Program-made: the position numbers and the translations under genes
Shown: piece after piece, positions 10,801 through 18,638 of the stretch
Numbering within the stretch: position 1 is the stretch's first letter
How the letters are laid out: every line of letters begins with the position of its first letter
The notes under the pieces: model-generated
The model's database searches: none
Told to the model about the DNA's origin: nothing
What the model saw: the letters and a program-made list of their open reading frames with translations, nothing else
NCBI GenBank assembly: GCA_965224085.1
Contig: CBDCYI010000005.1
Coordinates: 320,001 to 384,000, forward strand
From: Candidatus Marinacidobacterales bacterium
GTDB lineage: Bacteria; Acidobacteriota; Vicinamibacteria; Marinacidobacterales; SMYC01
Direction: 5' to 3'
DNA length: 64,000 nucleotides

Positions 10801-11096
10801 CCTCGATGGTCGCGTCTTCTTCACTCCCTTCGGAAACGCTGTCCGTTACCCTCAGGGCACGCTGAGTGGGCCGACGCGCGTTCAGCGGGAGCGGCTGGCG
10901 TCGCTCACCCGGCAGCTGGACGAGCAGCTGGAGTTGCTGAACCGGCTTAGCCAAACCGCGGTTTCGGATCTAAACCGCCAGATGAACGAGGCGAACCTGT
11001 CCCATATCAAGGTGGGTGCACCGGTGCGCAGGCCGCGTTAGGTTAGGCCATAGCTGCTCCGCAACGTCGCCGAAACCTTCGTGTACTTCCGCTGAC
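7828..11096 (+). repeat. Direct-repeat copy 1 of a ~3.3-kb segment (copy 2 at 18587-21899)
   Basis: Both copies begin GCAAGGCTCACCAAGCCTG and end GTGTACTTCCGCTGAC, with long identical tracts between. Confidence 0.95.
7880..11041 (+). CDS. Secreted VPS10/BNR-repeat beta-propeller protein (glycosyl hydrolase-like), copy A
   Basis: Signal peptide, RSIGPAVMGGR, many SxDGGxTW Asp-boxes, helical C-terminus. Start placed at the ATG after GGAGGAAGGC rather than the ORF-track start. Confidence 0.9.
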   Translation: MRGARVFFWRLNLALVVTVGLLCSPNRAQAQLVDETILDNLLLRSIGPAVMGGRIHDLAVVEDRPWIFYIGSASGGLWKTTNNGTTWDPVFDDQGTSSIGDLALAPSDPEIVWVGTGEPNNRQSSSFGDGVYKSTDGGKTWKHVGLRDTHHVGRIVIHPQDPDTVYVAALGHLWGPNEERGLFKTTDGGNTWEKILYIDEDTGVVNVAMDPVNPRILYAAAYQRRRTPWGFSGGGPGSGLYKSSDGGKTWKKLTEGIPDGPTGRIGIDVYRSDPRILYALIENREGGVFRSEDRGESWKRVNELNPRPMYYSQIWIDPSDSRHVYVLGGPFYVSDDGGRTFEQNTAMTPTFDVGVHGDHHVLWIDPANGKHLILGSDGGLYFSWDRSRTWDKVNNLPIAQFYAVGVDMQKPYFIYGGAQDTHSWGGPSATRHHIGIINSDWVQIGPGDGMYQQVDPADPNIIYTESQGGDIVRLNHKTGDRKDIKPHPGDGESEYRFHWTSPILISPHDPKTVYLGGNRLFISKDRGETWTATEDLTRAEERDKLPIMGVVPDETTLSRHDGVAAWGTITTVAESPLTPGLLYVGTDDGIVHVSRDGGRTWTSLQDRFAGVNEERATVSRVVASHAEPGRGYVTFDRHQLDDFSPYVFTTDDYGNTWKSIAGNLPRVGWVNVLAEHPRNPNLLFVGTETGLFVSLDRGNRWIRLTGNFPTVPVDDLVIHPRDNDLVVGTHGRSIYILDDLAPLEQLSEEVLASEVHLFDIRPAMEFVLVKHESYGAQRQFIGANPPFGAVISYYLKSEPAGDVELSIVDRSGKALREISGTKHSGVNRVSWDLRLAAPEGVDQAVGPLVPPGRYTVRLKLGKKELAKPLEVEADPLFPVPEEEQVARYEFLVTVNGLRQTIQEAIDSTEAISEQVQSLLEGTQGDPEAPEAVISAARTIAEESEKIRRALAGDGVAPFFAGQSLRSRANRLFTNLDGRVFFTPFGNAVRYPQGTLSGPTRVQRERLASLTRQLDEQLELLNRLSQTAVSDLNRQMNEANLSHIKVGAPVRRPR

Positions 11097-11133
11097 GGTA
11101 CTTTCGACTGACACTCCCGGCCGAAGGCATTTT

Positions 11134-12522
11134 TCATGATATGGATTGATCGGGAACGAGGCTGAAGCCGAGTCGGGTAGCTTTGCGTCGGAGATTACTC
11201 AGGAGGCGTTGCTGGTATTGCCTTTCATAGGCGTCCTGACCGAGCTCAATGAACTCCTCTCCAGTCGCAAGCATGCGGAAGTAGATGGTCGCTATTTTAC
11301 GGGCGGTAGCTGTGATGGCCTTTGGAGCACCTCGTCGCGATCGGATTCGTCGATAGAAAGCGCCGAGCGCGGTTTGGGTATTGCGGACAGCGCACGCGGC
11401 GAGGCGAAAGAGTTTTGCAGCACGACTGGAGCTCATTGGGGTTGCCCGGCGAAAGATTCGACCAGCGGACTCCTTATTATTCGGTGCGAGAGCTAGCCAT
11501 GAGGTGAAGTGCTTGTCACTTTTCCACGGGCTCATGTCGCAACCGGTTTCTCCTACGAGCTGCAGAACGGCATAGCTACCTAAGCCGGGAACCCTGGTTA
11601 GGTCCACCCCCGTGAGTCCCAATAGAGACTCAGCGAGCGGAAAGCGCGGCCCGTTGCCGCTACGCGCTCGCCGTGTCCGTGGTTTCGGCTTAGGCCGAGC
11701 GTCCTGAGGCCGGGTCTCCAATTTGGACAGGCATCTCTCGATCCGCTTGTCACAGTCTTCCATTTTCTCTTGATAGAAATCGTACAACTCCACCGACTGT
11801 TGAAGAGCGAAAACATGCTCGCTCCGATAGTTACCTTCTAAGGCTTTCGCGATCGTGGCCTCATCGTTGTGGCAACGTTCATGCCTCAGTTTTGCTAGGT
11901 CACGAGGATCTCGCTCTCCTCTCAAGATCGCTCGGATGATCGCAAGGCCGGTGACTCCGGTCACGTCGCGCAGGACGTGTTGTAGCTGGAGCCCCATTTG
12001 GTTGAGCGCTTTGTGCATATGCTGAATGTGGCGAGCCGCTGACTCCACCAGCGAGCTTCGTTGGCGGGTGTATGCCCTTAGCTCGCAAATCGCCGATTCC
12101 GGCCGAAAGGTTTTTGGGAGTAGCCCGAATGTATGCAGCTGTTGCAGCCACTCCGCATCCGACACGTCTGACTTGCGCCCAGATACGTTTTTCACTTTGC
12201 GAGCATCGACCAGATAGACTTCAAATCCCTCGTCTTCCAACAACTCGTACAGTGAAATCCAATAAACTCCGGTCGACTCCATCGCCACCGTGCACACGCC
12301 GCACGCCTTCAGCCAATTGGCCAGCTCTCGCAGCGAGCATACAAAGCTCTGAAACGTGCGGACATGTTCGCCCTCAGGAGTGCGCCCCTTCGGGACTGCC
12401 GCCACGATTGACTCCGCTCCAATATCAATCCCTGCAGCATCTAGATTTACCGTGTCGAGCTCGTGCTCCAATTTTTTCCGTCTTGCTTGACGACTGCTTT
12501 TTGTCCTGACGCGACGTGCCAT
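11134..12522 (-). CDS. IS110-family DEDD recombinase/transposase
   Basis: AAGIDIG, VAMESTGVYW, GRKSDVSDAEWL, WLALAPNNKESAGR, KAITATARK. ATG 12522 follows AAAGGAG. Confidence 0.95.
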   Translation of the reverse strand: MARRVRTKSSRQARRKKLEHELDTVNLDAAGIDIGAESIVAAVPKGRTPEGEHVRTFQSFVCSLRELANWLKACGVCTVAMESTGVYWISLYELLEDEGFEVYLVDARKVKNVSGRKSDVSDAEWLQQLHTFGLLPKTFRPESAICELRAYTRQRSSLVESAARHIQHMHKALNQMGLQLQHVLRDVTGVTGLAIIRAILRGERDPRDLAKLRHERCHNDEATIAKALEGNYRSEHVFALQQSVELYDFYQEKMEDCDKRIERCLSKLETRPQDARPKPKPRTRRARSGNGPRFPLAESLLGLTGVDLTRVPGLGSYAVLQLVGETGCDMSPWKSDKHFTSWLALAPNNKESAGRIFRRATPMSSSRAAKLFRLAACAVRNTQTALGAFYRRIRSRRGAPKAITATARKIATIYFRMLATGEEFIELGQDAYERQYQQRLLSNLRRKATRLGFSLVPDQSIS

Positions 12523-12549
12523 TTCTCGCTCCTTTCGGCGCAACCAGGA

Positions 12550-12700
12550 GAGAGGGGCGATTCAAAACATTCTTTCGAACGGGGTCATGCCTCGCGACAT
12601 GCCACCACGGATACTCCCGCTAACCCTCCAGACCTTGCTGTCAAACGGGCACTGAGCACCATCGTACCTTCGGCCTTGACTCCCGGCTGCACTCGATCGG
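12550..12700 (-). ncRNA. Putative IS110 bridge RNA (boundaries approximate)
   Basis: Non-coding region upstream of the recombinase. On the minus strand it carries GGTAC (12664-68) and TTGACAG (12638-44), matching the target halves, and TCGAAAG (12572-78), matching the element end. Confidence 0.7.
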
Positions 12701-13082
12701 AGTCTACTTCCTCCCACAGATCTCAAAGGGTCAGTCTCCGATTACCTTCGCCCGCCCGGGCGATGCCATTGCTGTCAAGTTGAGCTGGTGACTGACATGA
12801 GCATGAATAGCGTCGACCGATGATCGTCCGGCGCGACCTCCAGTAAGTCAATGGCGCGACAGGTTCTCGTCAATGGCGCGACAGGTCCGGGTCTAGTCTG
12901 CGAGCCACTCGCCGGAAGATTGTTTCCGCTTTGGCAGATGCGGACTTGGCGAACCTGGCAAAGCGTAGAGGACGCTGGGAGAACGACTCGCAACGAGCGG
13001 AGAATGTCCTCAGCTTGAAGGACGAATTGAGTGGCAACGACCTCCTCCAGGGCAAGTTGTACGAGGTGACTGCCACCGGGGG

Positions 13083-13573
13083 CATGGACTCCCCACGCCG
13101 GATCAAGAGAAAACGTTCTTCGTAATAGTCATCCGCGATTCGCTTTTTTTGTGGGCCACCGGGAGGGGTCGTAAAGGGTTCCTTGTCGAAGCATCGCAAT
13201 GGCGATGGGGAGAATGCGGTCCATGACGCCTCTGAGAGCTCTGGCATGGCTGTGGCCTCTGTCACGAAGCCGGTCGTAGTGTTCTTTGAAGTGGGGGTCG
13301 TGCAAAACGGCAGTGCGTGCCCAATGGTGGAGAGCATTATTGAGGGGCAAAGAGCGAGCTCTCCTTCATTTCCGCCAGCGCATGTGATGTTTCATCGGCC
13401 CCTGTACTGGCGCTCGAAGCGCAACTCCCCACTGGATGTCCATCACAAAAGAATTGCCGGCACGCATGTCCATTCCTGGCGCTAGGAGCGCAGGGCGACG
13501 TATGGCGTTGCCGGCAAGCTGCTGACGAAATCGAAAATAGTCCAAGCTCATCGTGATATTTGCTCTACCATGG
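13083..13573 (-). mobile_element. Internally deleted second IS110-family element (non-coding end plus transposase C-terminus)
   Basis: 13129-13365 encodes LNNALHHWARTAVLHDP...RGHSHARALRGVMDRILPIAIAMLRQGTLYDP directly after an AAGGAG RBS. CATGG direct repeats at 13083-87 and 13569-73 give tentative ends. Confidence 0.6.
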
Positions 13574-13981
13574 CAATCGGAGTTGTCGCGCGATGCCACG
13601 AGTTCGTGCTCGGTTTTTTCTCGGTAGTTTCGGGCGAAGCACGTCCGAGAGTTTTTCTCGAATGTAAAGAACATAAGGCGGGTCTAGATATTGACTTTGC
13701 ACTTCCTGGAGCACAGGTGAAAAATAACGAAGGGAGCGAATGGGCTGCAGTGGCTCCTCATGTTCTTGTAGCTCCCTACGAGCGCAACCCAGAAGTAGGG
13801 CACACTCGAATTCGTGTAACGGGACTCCTTGGCGGTAGAGCTGCGTCGCGATGAAGCGGTCGTCGCGCCGTGGCCGCTCAGGTGTGTTCGGAATGGAAAG
13901 ATAGAGGTCCAAAATCGTCCGGACGTAATTGTTTTCTGTCAGAGCATCGCTCGTGAGCGGTTCATTACCCAGCTTCGACAT
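13565..13981 (-). CDS. Hypothetical mobile-element accessory protein (138 aa)
   Basis: YVRTILDLYLSIPNTPERPRRDDR...LLLGCARR...PIRSLRYF, a protein type I recall beside IS21-like transposases. Overlaps the upstream ORF by 17 bp. Confidence 0.65.
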   Translation of the reverse strand: MSKLGNEPLTSDALTENNYVRTILDLYLSIPNTPERPRRDDRFIATQLYRQGVPLHEFECALLLGCARRELQEHEEPLQPIRSLRYFSPVLQEVQSQYLDPPYVLYIREKLSDVLRPKLPRKNRARTRGIARQLRLPW

Positions 13982-14378
13982 CCTTTAGCCTCCCGCGTCG
14001 GCCGCAGATACAGCATTTGGCATATCTGATACTGTCAATCTTCGTTTTCATTGAATGAGCCATCGGGCCACTAGCTTGAATTTCACGAACTCCTAGACTG
14101 CCAGAATTACTGGGGTGAATGAACCCTTGCTCCGTCACTATTTTCGCCGCCTGGCGTAGACGATAATTCTGTTGCCGAGCCGCGTGGAGTTTTCGTGAGT
14201 TGAAACCTTTCTGGTAATTTCGGTTATTTTCGCGCTGGTTCTCTCGCCGGGTTTCGTCACGGCAGGTTGGACCGCAGTAGCACTGTCCCTGGTAACATGA
14301 CTTGCAGATGAAGAAAGGCATCCCACAGCTTTTGTTGCGGCAGAAAAGCCGGAGAAGAACGACAGGTTTGGTGGCCAT
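13965..14378 (-). CDS. Cys-rich putative zinc-binding mobile-element accessory protein (137 aa)
   Basis: FCRNKSCGMPFFICKSCYQGQCYCGPTCR, basic helix, C-terminal CCICGR. Start placed at ATG 14378. Confidence 0.65.
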   Translation of the reverse strand: MATKPVVLLRLFCRNKSCGMPFFICKSCYQGQCYCGPTCRDETRRENQRENNRNYQKGFNSRKLHAARQQNYRLRQAAKIVTEQGFIHPSNSGSLGVREIQASGPMAHSMKTKIDSIRYAKCCICGRRGRLKDVEAG

Positions 14379-14836
14379 TCGGAACTCAGCAAAGTGCTGG
14401 ACGATGGCCGCCCGGATGTGAGAGGCTAGCTTCAACTTGTAGTGGAGCGCCTCCTCCGGGGGCCATCCAAACATCAGAGCCCCGGTCGTTTGTAGCGGCT
14501 GGGGCTCACTATTGTCGCACAGCAGGTTCACCCTCTTCTTGCCGGCGCGAGACGATCTGACTGACTCGCGCCAAAGGCGCGAGAGGATGCTGGCCTCGCG
14601 CCAGAGGCGCGGGATGAGGCCTTGTACACAGACATTTCCTACCGACTCTTCCCGCAACACACGCTTTCGCTGCACTGATGCTTCGGCAAGCGTACAGGGC
14701 GACAAGACAACCCATCTTTTGCACGAGGCGCGCCTGTAAGCTCGAAATCAAGAACGCGAAACACAAGATTGCTTACTACTTCCAAACGTGCCAGGGTATG
14801 CGTACCGAACGCGCAGCCAGAGGCAACGTCCACGCA

Positions 14837-17800
14837 TCATTGCTGCGCAGCGGTTCGCGCCGGATCCGCCTCCTGACCGCTGACCGCCTCTTCCGTCAGC
14901 GTCTGGTCCAGCAAGCGCAGTTGCTCCATCACGTGCGCCGATAGATCCTCGAACACGGCATACATCTGCTGGGTCGGTCTCGCGGCCGCCCCTCCCACGA
15001 CCCCAGTGAGCACCGCTAGCCGGTTGTTCAACCCCATGGGGAGCAGGTTGAACGTTGGCTTGGGACCGACGGCGCGCGTCAATGCGCCCTCGATCGCGCT
15101 CAGCTTTTCCCTGGCGCTCGCCGCCGCTGCATCGCCACCGGCGGCCCGCTCCTCCAATTGGCGACGTGCCTCGCGCAGCCGTTCGACCGCGTCGGTCACT
15201 GCCGAGAGCTGATCGCGAATTTGGACCATGAGCTCGAACTGCGCCCGGAGGTCGTCGTCGGTTGGCGCAACCCGTGGGTCCTTCCGGATCTCGAACCAGC
15301 GCTCGTACTCCTGCCCACCCACGGACAGCCGTGTGCCGTAGCGGCCCGGCGGCGCGGTCGGCGCCTGCGCGCGCGGGTACTCCCTACGCAAGAGCGATTG
15401 CGAAGTCAGATCGAGAATCGCCCCGTCGGGGGGTAGCTCGCGTGCGTTGGGATAGCGCATGTCCCACACGAACCGGTTCATCCCCGCGTCGGCCGGCATC
15501 CACAGATCGTCGTCCGCCTGGCTCGAGAATCGCCGAATCTCCTCGCCCTTCGCGTCCAAAATCGTCAGCGTTGCCTCGCCCGACGGCGGTTGCTTCAGGT
15601 AGTAATCGATCATCACGCCTTCGGGTGGATTCTCACCCGCGTTGAGGAAGAACCGCTTGACCCGGCCATCGGGACCTCGTCGGTCCTCGAACCCGACGAT
15701 GTCTCGGGCGCGGGCGAACTGGATGCCCGGACGGAACGACCGCATTGGGGAGAGCGACCGCACGGGCAGGTGGCGGTCGGTCGGCGCGATCTCGAACAGA
15801 TGCGTCGAGGCTGTCGTCACCTCGCGAGTGATCTGGCGCAAAGCCGTCACGTTGTCCATGATCCAGAACCCCCGGCCGTGCGTCGCCAGAACCAGATCGT
15901 TGTTCTTGACGAGCATGTAGAAGACCGGAACCGCAGGCAGGTTGCGCTGAAGCGACTGCCAGGACGTACCCGCGTCGAAGGACACGTACACGCCCGTTTC
16001 CGTCCCGGCATACAGCAGTCCCGGGTGAGCGGGATCCTCGCGAATCACCCGCGCGAAATCCTCGTCGCGAATCCCGTTCGTGATCTTTTCCCACGTGTGA
16101 CCGTAGTCCGTCGTTTTGTAGAAGTAAGGAGCCCGGTCGCTGACCTTGTAGCGGTTAGCCGCCAGATACGCCGTGCCGCGATCGTGCGGAGACACCTCGA
16201 TGGTGCTGATCGTTGTCCACTCGGGCATGTCCTTCGGCGAGACGTCGTTCCAGGTCTCCCCTCCATCCTTTGTCATATGAACCATGCTGTCGTCCGTGCC
16301 GACCCACAGCTCGCCTTTTTCGAGCAGTGACTCCGAAAGGGCCTGCGCCAGACTGACCCAGTACGACGAGGCCGACTGTGTATGGAGGGGGCCGCCCGCT
16401 ATCTTCTGCATCTTATCCTGCCGGTTGGTCGTGATGTCTGGACTGATGGGCTCCCAGGAGTCTCCCTCATCGGTCGTTCGAAAGACATGGTTGCCGGCGG
16501 TGTACAGAACGTTTGGATCGTGAGGCGACAGCAGGATCGGGAAGTTGTAGAAGAAGCGGTACTTCACGTCCTTGAGCGCAAACGTGAACTGGTCGTCGGG
16601 CCAAACGGTGATGTTCCGGGCCTGTCCCGTCCGTCGGTCGTAGCGCGTAATGCGGGTCCGATCGCCGGCGTACACGACGCTGCCATTGGGCTTGACGGCC
16701 GTCTGCCCGCCCTCGCCGCCGGGAATCACCTCCCACCCGATGGCAGCACTGTCGGTCCGGCTCGGCACCGAGACGTGCGAATTGTCGTTCTGGGCCGCGT
16801 AGAGCCGATAGGGCACCTGATCGTCGATGGCAAGACCGAACAGTTCGGGCGTGGGTTGATTGTGTATGGTCGACCACGTGGCGCCGCCATTGAGCGTCAC
16901 CGTGGCGCCGCCGTCGTTTCCCTCGATCATCCGCTGCGGGTTCCGCGGATCGATCCAAAGTGCGTGGTTGTCGCCGTGCGGCGTCGGTAGGGTTTTGAAC
17001 GTCTTGCCGCCATCCGTCGATTTCCAGAGCTGGTAGGACGGGAGATACACTGTGTCTGGGTCTCGTGTGTCGGCGGTCACGTGCATGTACGACGGGGCGT
17101 TACGTCGGAAATCGCGTCTTTCGTTGATCCGTTGCCAGGTCTGTCCGCTGTCGTCCGAGCGGAACAGGGCACCGTCTTCCGCCTCGATGATCGCCCAGAC
17201 GCGGCTCGGACGCGGCGGCGAGACCGCGATGCCGATTTTCCCGACCACCCCCTGCGGCAAGCCTGGATTGCGAGTAATGTCGGTCCATGTATCACCACCG
17301 TCGGTCGTCTTGAACAGGCCGCTGTCGGGTCCCCCGCTGATCTGGTCCCACGGAAGACGCTGCAGTTGATTGAGCGACGCGTAGAGCACATTGGGGTTCG
17401 TCGGGTCCATCGAGAGGTCGAGCGCGCTCGCCCGCTCGCTTTTGTACAGGACCTGCTCCCATGTCTTGCCACCGTCCTTCGTGCGATAGACACCCCGCTC
17501 GGGGTTGGTCCCGAAGATATCGCCCGCCGCCGCCACATATACGATGTTCGGATTCGTGGGATGAATCCGGACCTTCGCGATGTGCCGGGTTTCCCTGAGC
17601 CCTACGTGGGTCCACGTCCGTCCGCCGTCGGTCGACTTGTACACCCCGTCGCCAGGTGTCAGGTCCTGTCGCATTAGCGATTCGCCCATGCCGACGTACA
17701 CAACGGCGGGGTTCGACAGCGACACGTCGATCGCCCCTACGGGCGCCGTCTTGAAGAAACCGTCGGACACGTTCCGCCAGTAGGTGCCCGCGTCAGTGGT

Positions 17801-18073
17801 CTTCCAGACCCCGCCATGTGTCGACCCGAAGTAGAAGACCAGTGGATCTTGCGGGTCCGCCACGACCGCTATCGAACGGCCCCCTCGGTGCGGGCCAATC
17901 GACCGCCATTCGAGTGCGGCGAGAAAGCTCGGATCCACGCTTGGATAGTCGGCCGCCTGGGCTGCGCCCGAGGCGCTGGCTCTGGATTGCCGAGAGTAGC
18001 CCCATTCCGCAGCGACGAGCAGACACGCCGCCGATATCAACGCCACACCGAATCTAGCAGTTCTCTTTTTCAT
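14837..18073 (-). CDS. Secreted VPS10/BNR beta-propeller protein, copy C
   Basis: MKKRTARF signal peptide; WRSIGPHRGGRS; Asp-boxes; close paralog of 27428-30655. Confidence 0.9.
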   Translation of the reverse strand: MKKRTARFGVALISAACLLVAAEWGYSRQSRASASGAAQAADYPSVDPSFLAALEWRSIGPHRGGRSIAVVADPQDPLVFYFGSTHGGVWKTTDAGTYWRNVSDGFFKTAPVGAIDVSLSNPAVVYVGMGESLMRQDLTPGDGVYKSTDGGRTWTHVGLRETRHIAKVRIHPTNPNIVYVAAAGDIFGTNPERGVYRTKDGGKTWEQVLYKSERASALDLSMDPTNPNVLYASLNQLQRLPWDQISGGPDSGLFKTTDGGDTWTDITRNPGLPQGVVGKIGIAVSPPRPSRVWAIIEAEDGALFRSDDSGQTWQRINERRDFRRNAPSYMHVTADTRDPDTVYLPSYQLWKSTDGGKTFKTLPTPHGDNHALWIDPRNPQRMIEGNDGGATVTLNGGATWSTIHNQPTPELFGLAIDDQVPYRLYAAQNDNSHVSVPSRTDSAAIGWEVIPGGEGGQTAVKPNGSVVYAGDRTRITRYDRRTGQARNITVWPDDQFTFALKDVKYRFFYNFPILLSPHDPNVLYTAGNHVFRTTDEGDSWEPISPDITTNRQDKMQKIAGGPLHTQSASSYWVSLAQALSESLLEKGELWVGTDDSMVHMTKDGGETWNDVSPKDMPEWTTISTIEVSPHDRGTAYLAANRYKVSDRAPYFYKTTDYGHTWEKITNGIRDEDFARVIREDPAHPGLLYAGTETGVYVSFDAGTSWQSLQRNLPAVPVFYMLVKNNDLVLATHGRGFWIMDNVTALRQITREVTTASTHLFEIAPTDRHLPVRSLSPMRSFRPGIQFARARDIVGFEDRRGPDGRVKRFFLNAGENPPEGVMIDYYLKQPPSGEATLTILDAKGEEIRRFSSQADDDLWMPADAGMNRFVWDMRYPNARELPPDGAILDLTSQSLLRREYPRAQAPTAPPGRYGTRLSVGGQEYERWFEIRKDPRVAPTDDDLRAQFELMVQIRDQLSAVTDAVERLREARRQLEERAAGGDAAAASAREKLSAIEGALTRAVGPKPTFNLLPMGLNNRLAVLTGVVGGAAARPTQQMYAVFEDLSAHVMEQLRLLDQTLTEEAVSGQEADPARTAAQQ

Positions 18074-18638
18074 GGCACGTTCCTTTCGCCAGAGGGCATC
18101 CTGCAAAAGAAGGCCGTGGTTGACCTTGGCCAAGAGTATCCGTCGAAGGGGTTGGCATTCGCCCCTTCCGCCCTTGAACTTGACGTTAAGGCGGATGCAG
18201 ATGATGCGCCCGGCACGATGGAATAGGCGCGGCCTTACGCGCCGGAACGTAGCACGGCCAGTCCTTGAAATCAAAATTCGCAGGGAGTGTTAATAGGCAG
18301 ACCCTGATACTGGCGATGGCCCTACCGGACCGTCCGCAAAATCGGGGCAACGTCAGTTTGCGTTCATACCATGCACTGGGGTAGCGTGTGCGCCGCGTGA
18401 CCTTGACGGCCCGCCAGCGACCTCTGCACGCGGTTCCGCGGAAGTAGGATCTTCATCCCGGCACGAGGTTTGAGCGTGGCGGGCGTTCCCGATGAGTTCA
18501 TCATGGCTGCAGCACACGTGACTGAGAGTCAGGCAGAGACCAATCGGAGGACATGATGATGGTAAGGTCGAGAATCCAGTGGGTAAGCAAGGCTCACCAA
18601 GCCTGTTTATCTCTGTAAACAAACGTCTGGAGGAAGGC

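Larger units (their letters stand above)
11101..12773 (-). mobile_element. Full-length IS110-family element flanked by duplicated CT core
   Basis: CT at 11101-02 and 12772-73; both ends match the mini-element at 3685-3748; long non-coding left end. Confidence 0.85.
11097..12781. mobile_element. IS6-type terminal IR (GGTACTGTCAAGTT) split by the IS110 insertion
   Basis: GGTA-CT at 11097-11102 and CT-GTCAAGTT at 12772-12781. Homology with the copy-B flank stops exactly at 11096, where GG begins. Confidence 0.8.
12821..14628 (-). mobile_element. Putative non-autonomous IS21-like element lacking istA/istB (ends approximate)
   Basis: GTCAATGGCGCGACAGGT x2 (12847-64, 12869-86) at one side; several GGCGCGA/TCGCGCC units at 14545-14612 ending TACA at 14628; two small accessory ORFs inside. 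Confidence 0.45.

Noticed and set aside
11113-12687. ACTCCCGGC direct repeat (11113-21, 12679-87) and GGCCGAAGG inverted repeat as IS110 boundaries
   Set aside because: The CT-core boundaries are supported independently by the mini-element and the restored IS6 IR. These matches are internal and unexplained.
3675-12781. 18-bp inverted match TGCCATTGCTGTCAAGTT taken as the IS6 IR
   Set aside because: It is a junction: half IS110 left end, half IS6 IR.
12847-12886. CRISPR-like repeats
   Set aside because: Two 18-bp copies 4 bp apart, no spacers, no cas genes.
18172-18195. TGAACTTGAC as a third IS6 end
   Set aside because: The match stops before the AG core and no IS sequence is adjacent.
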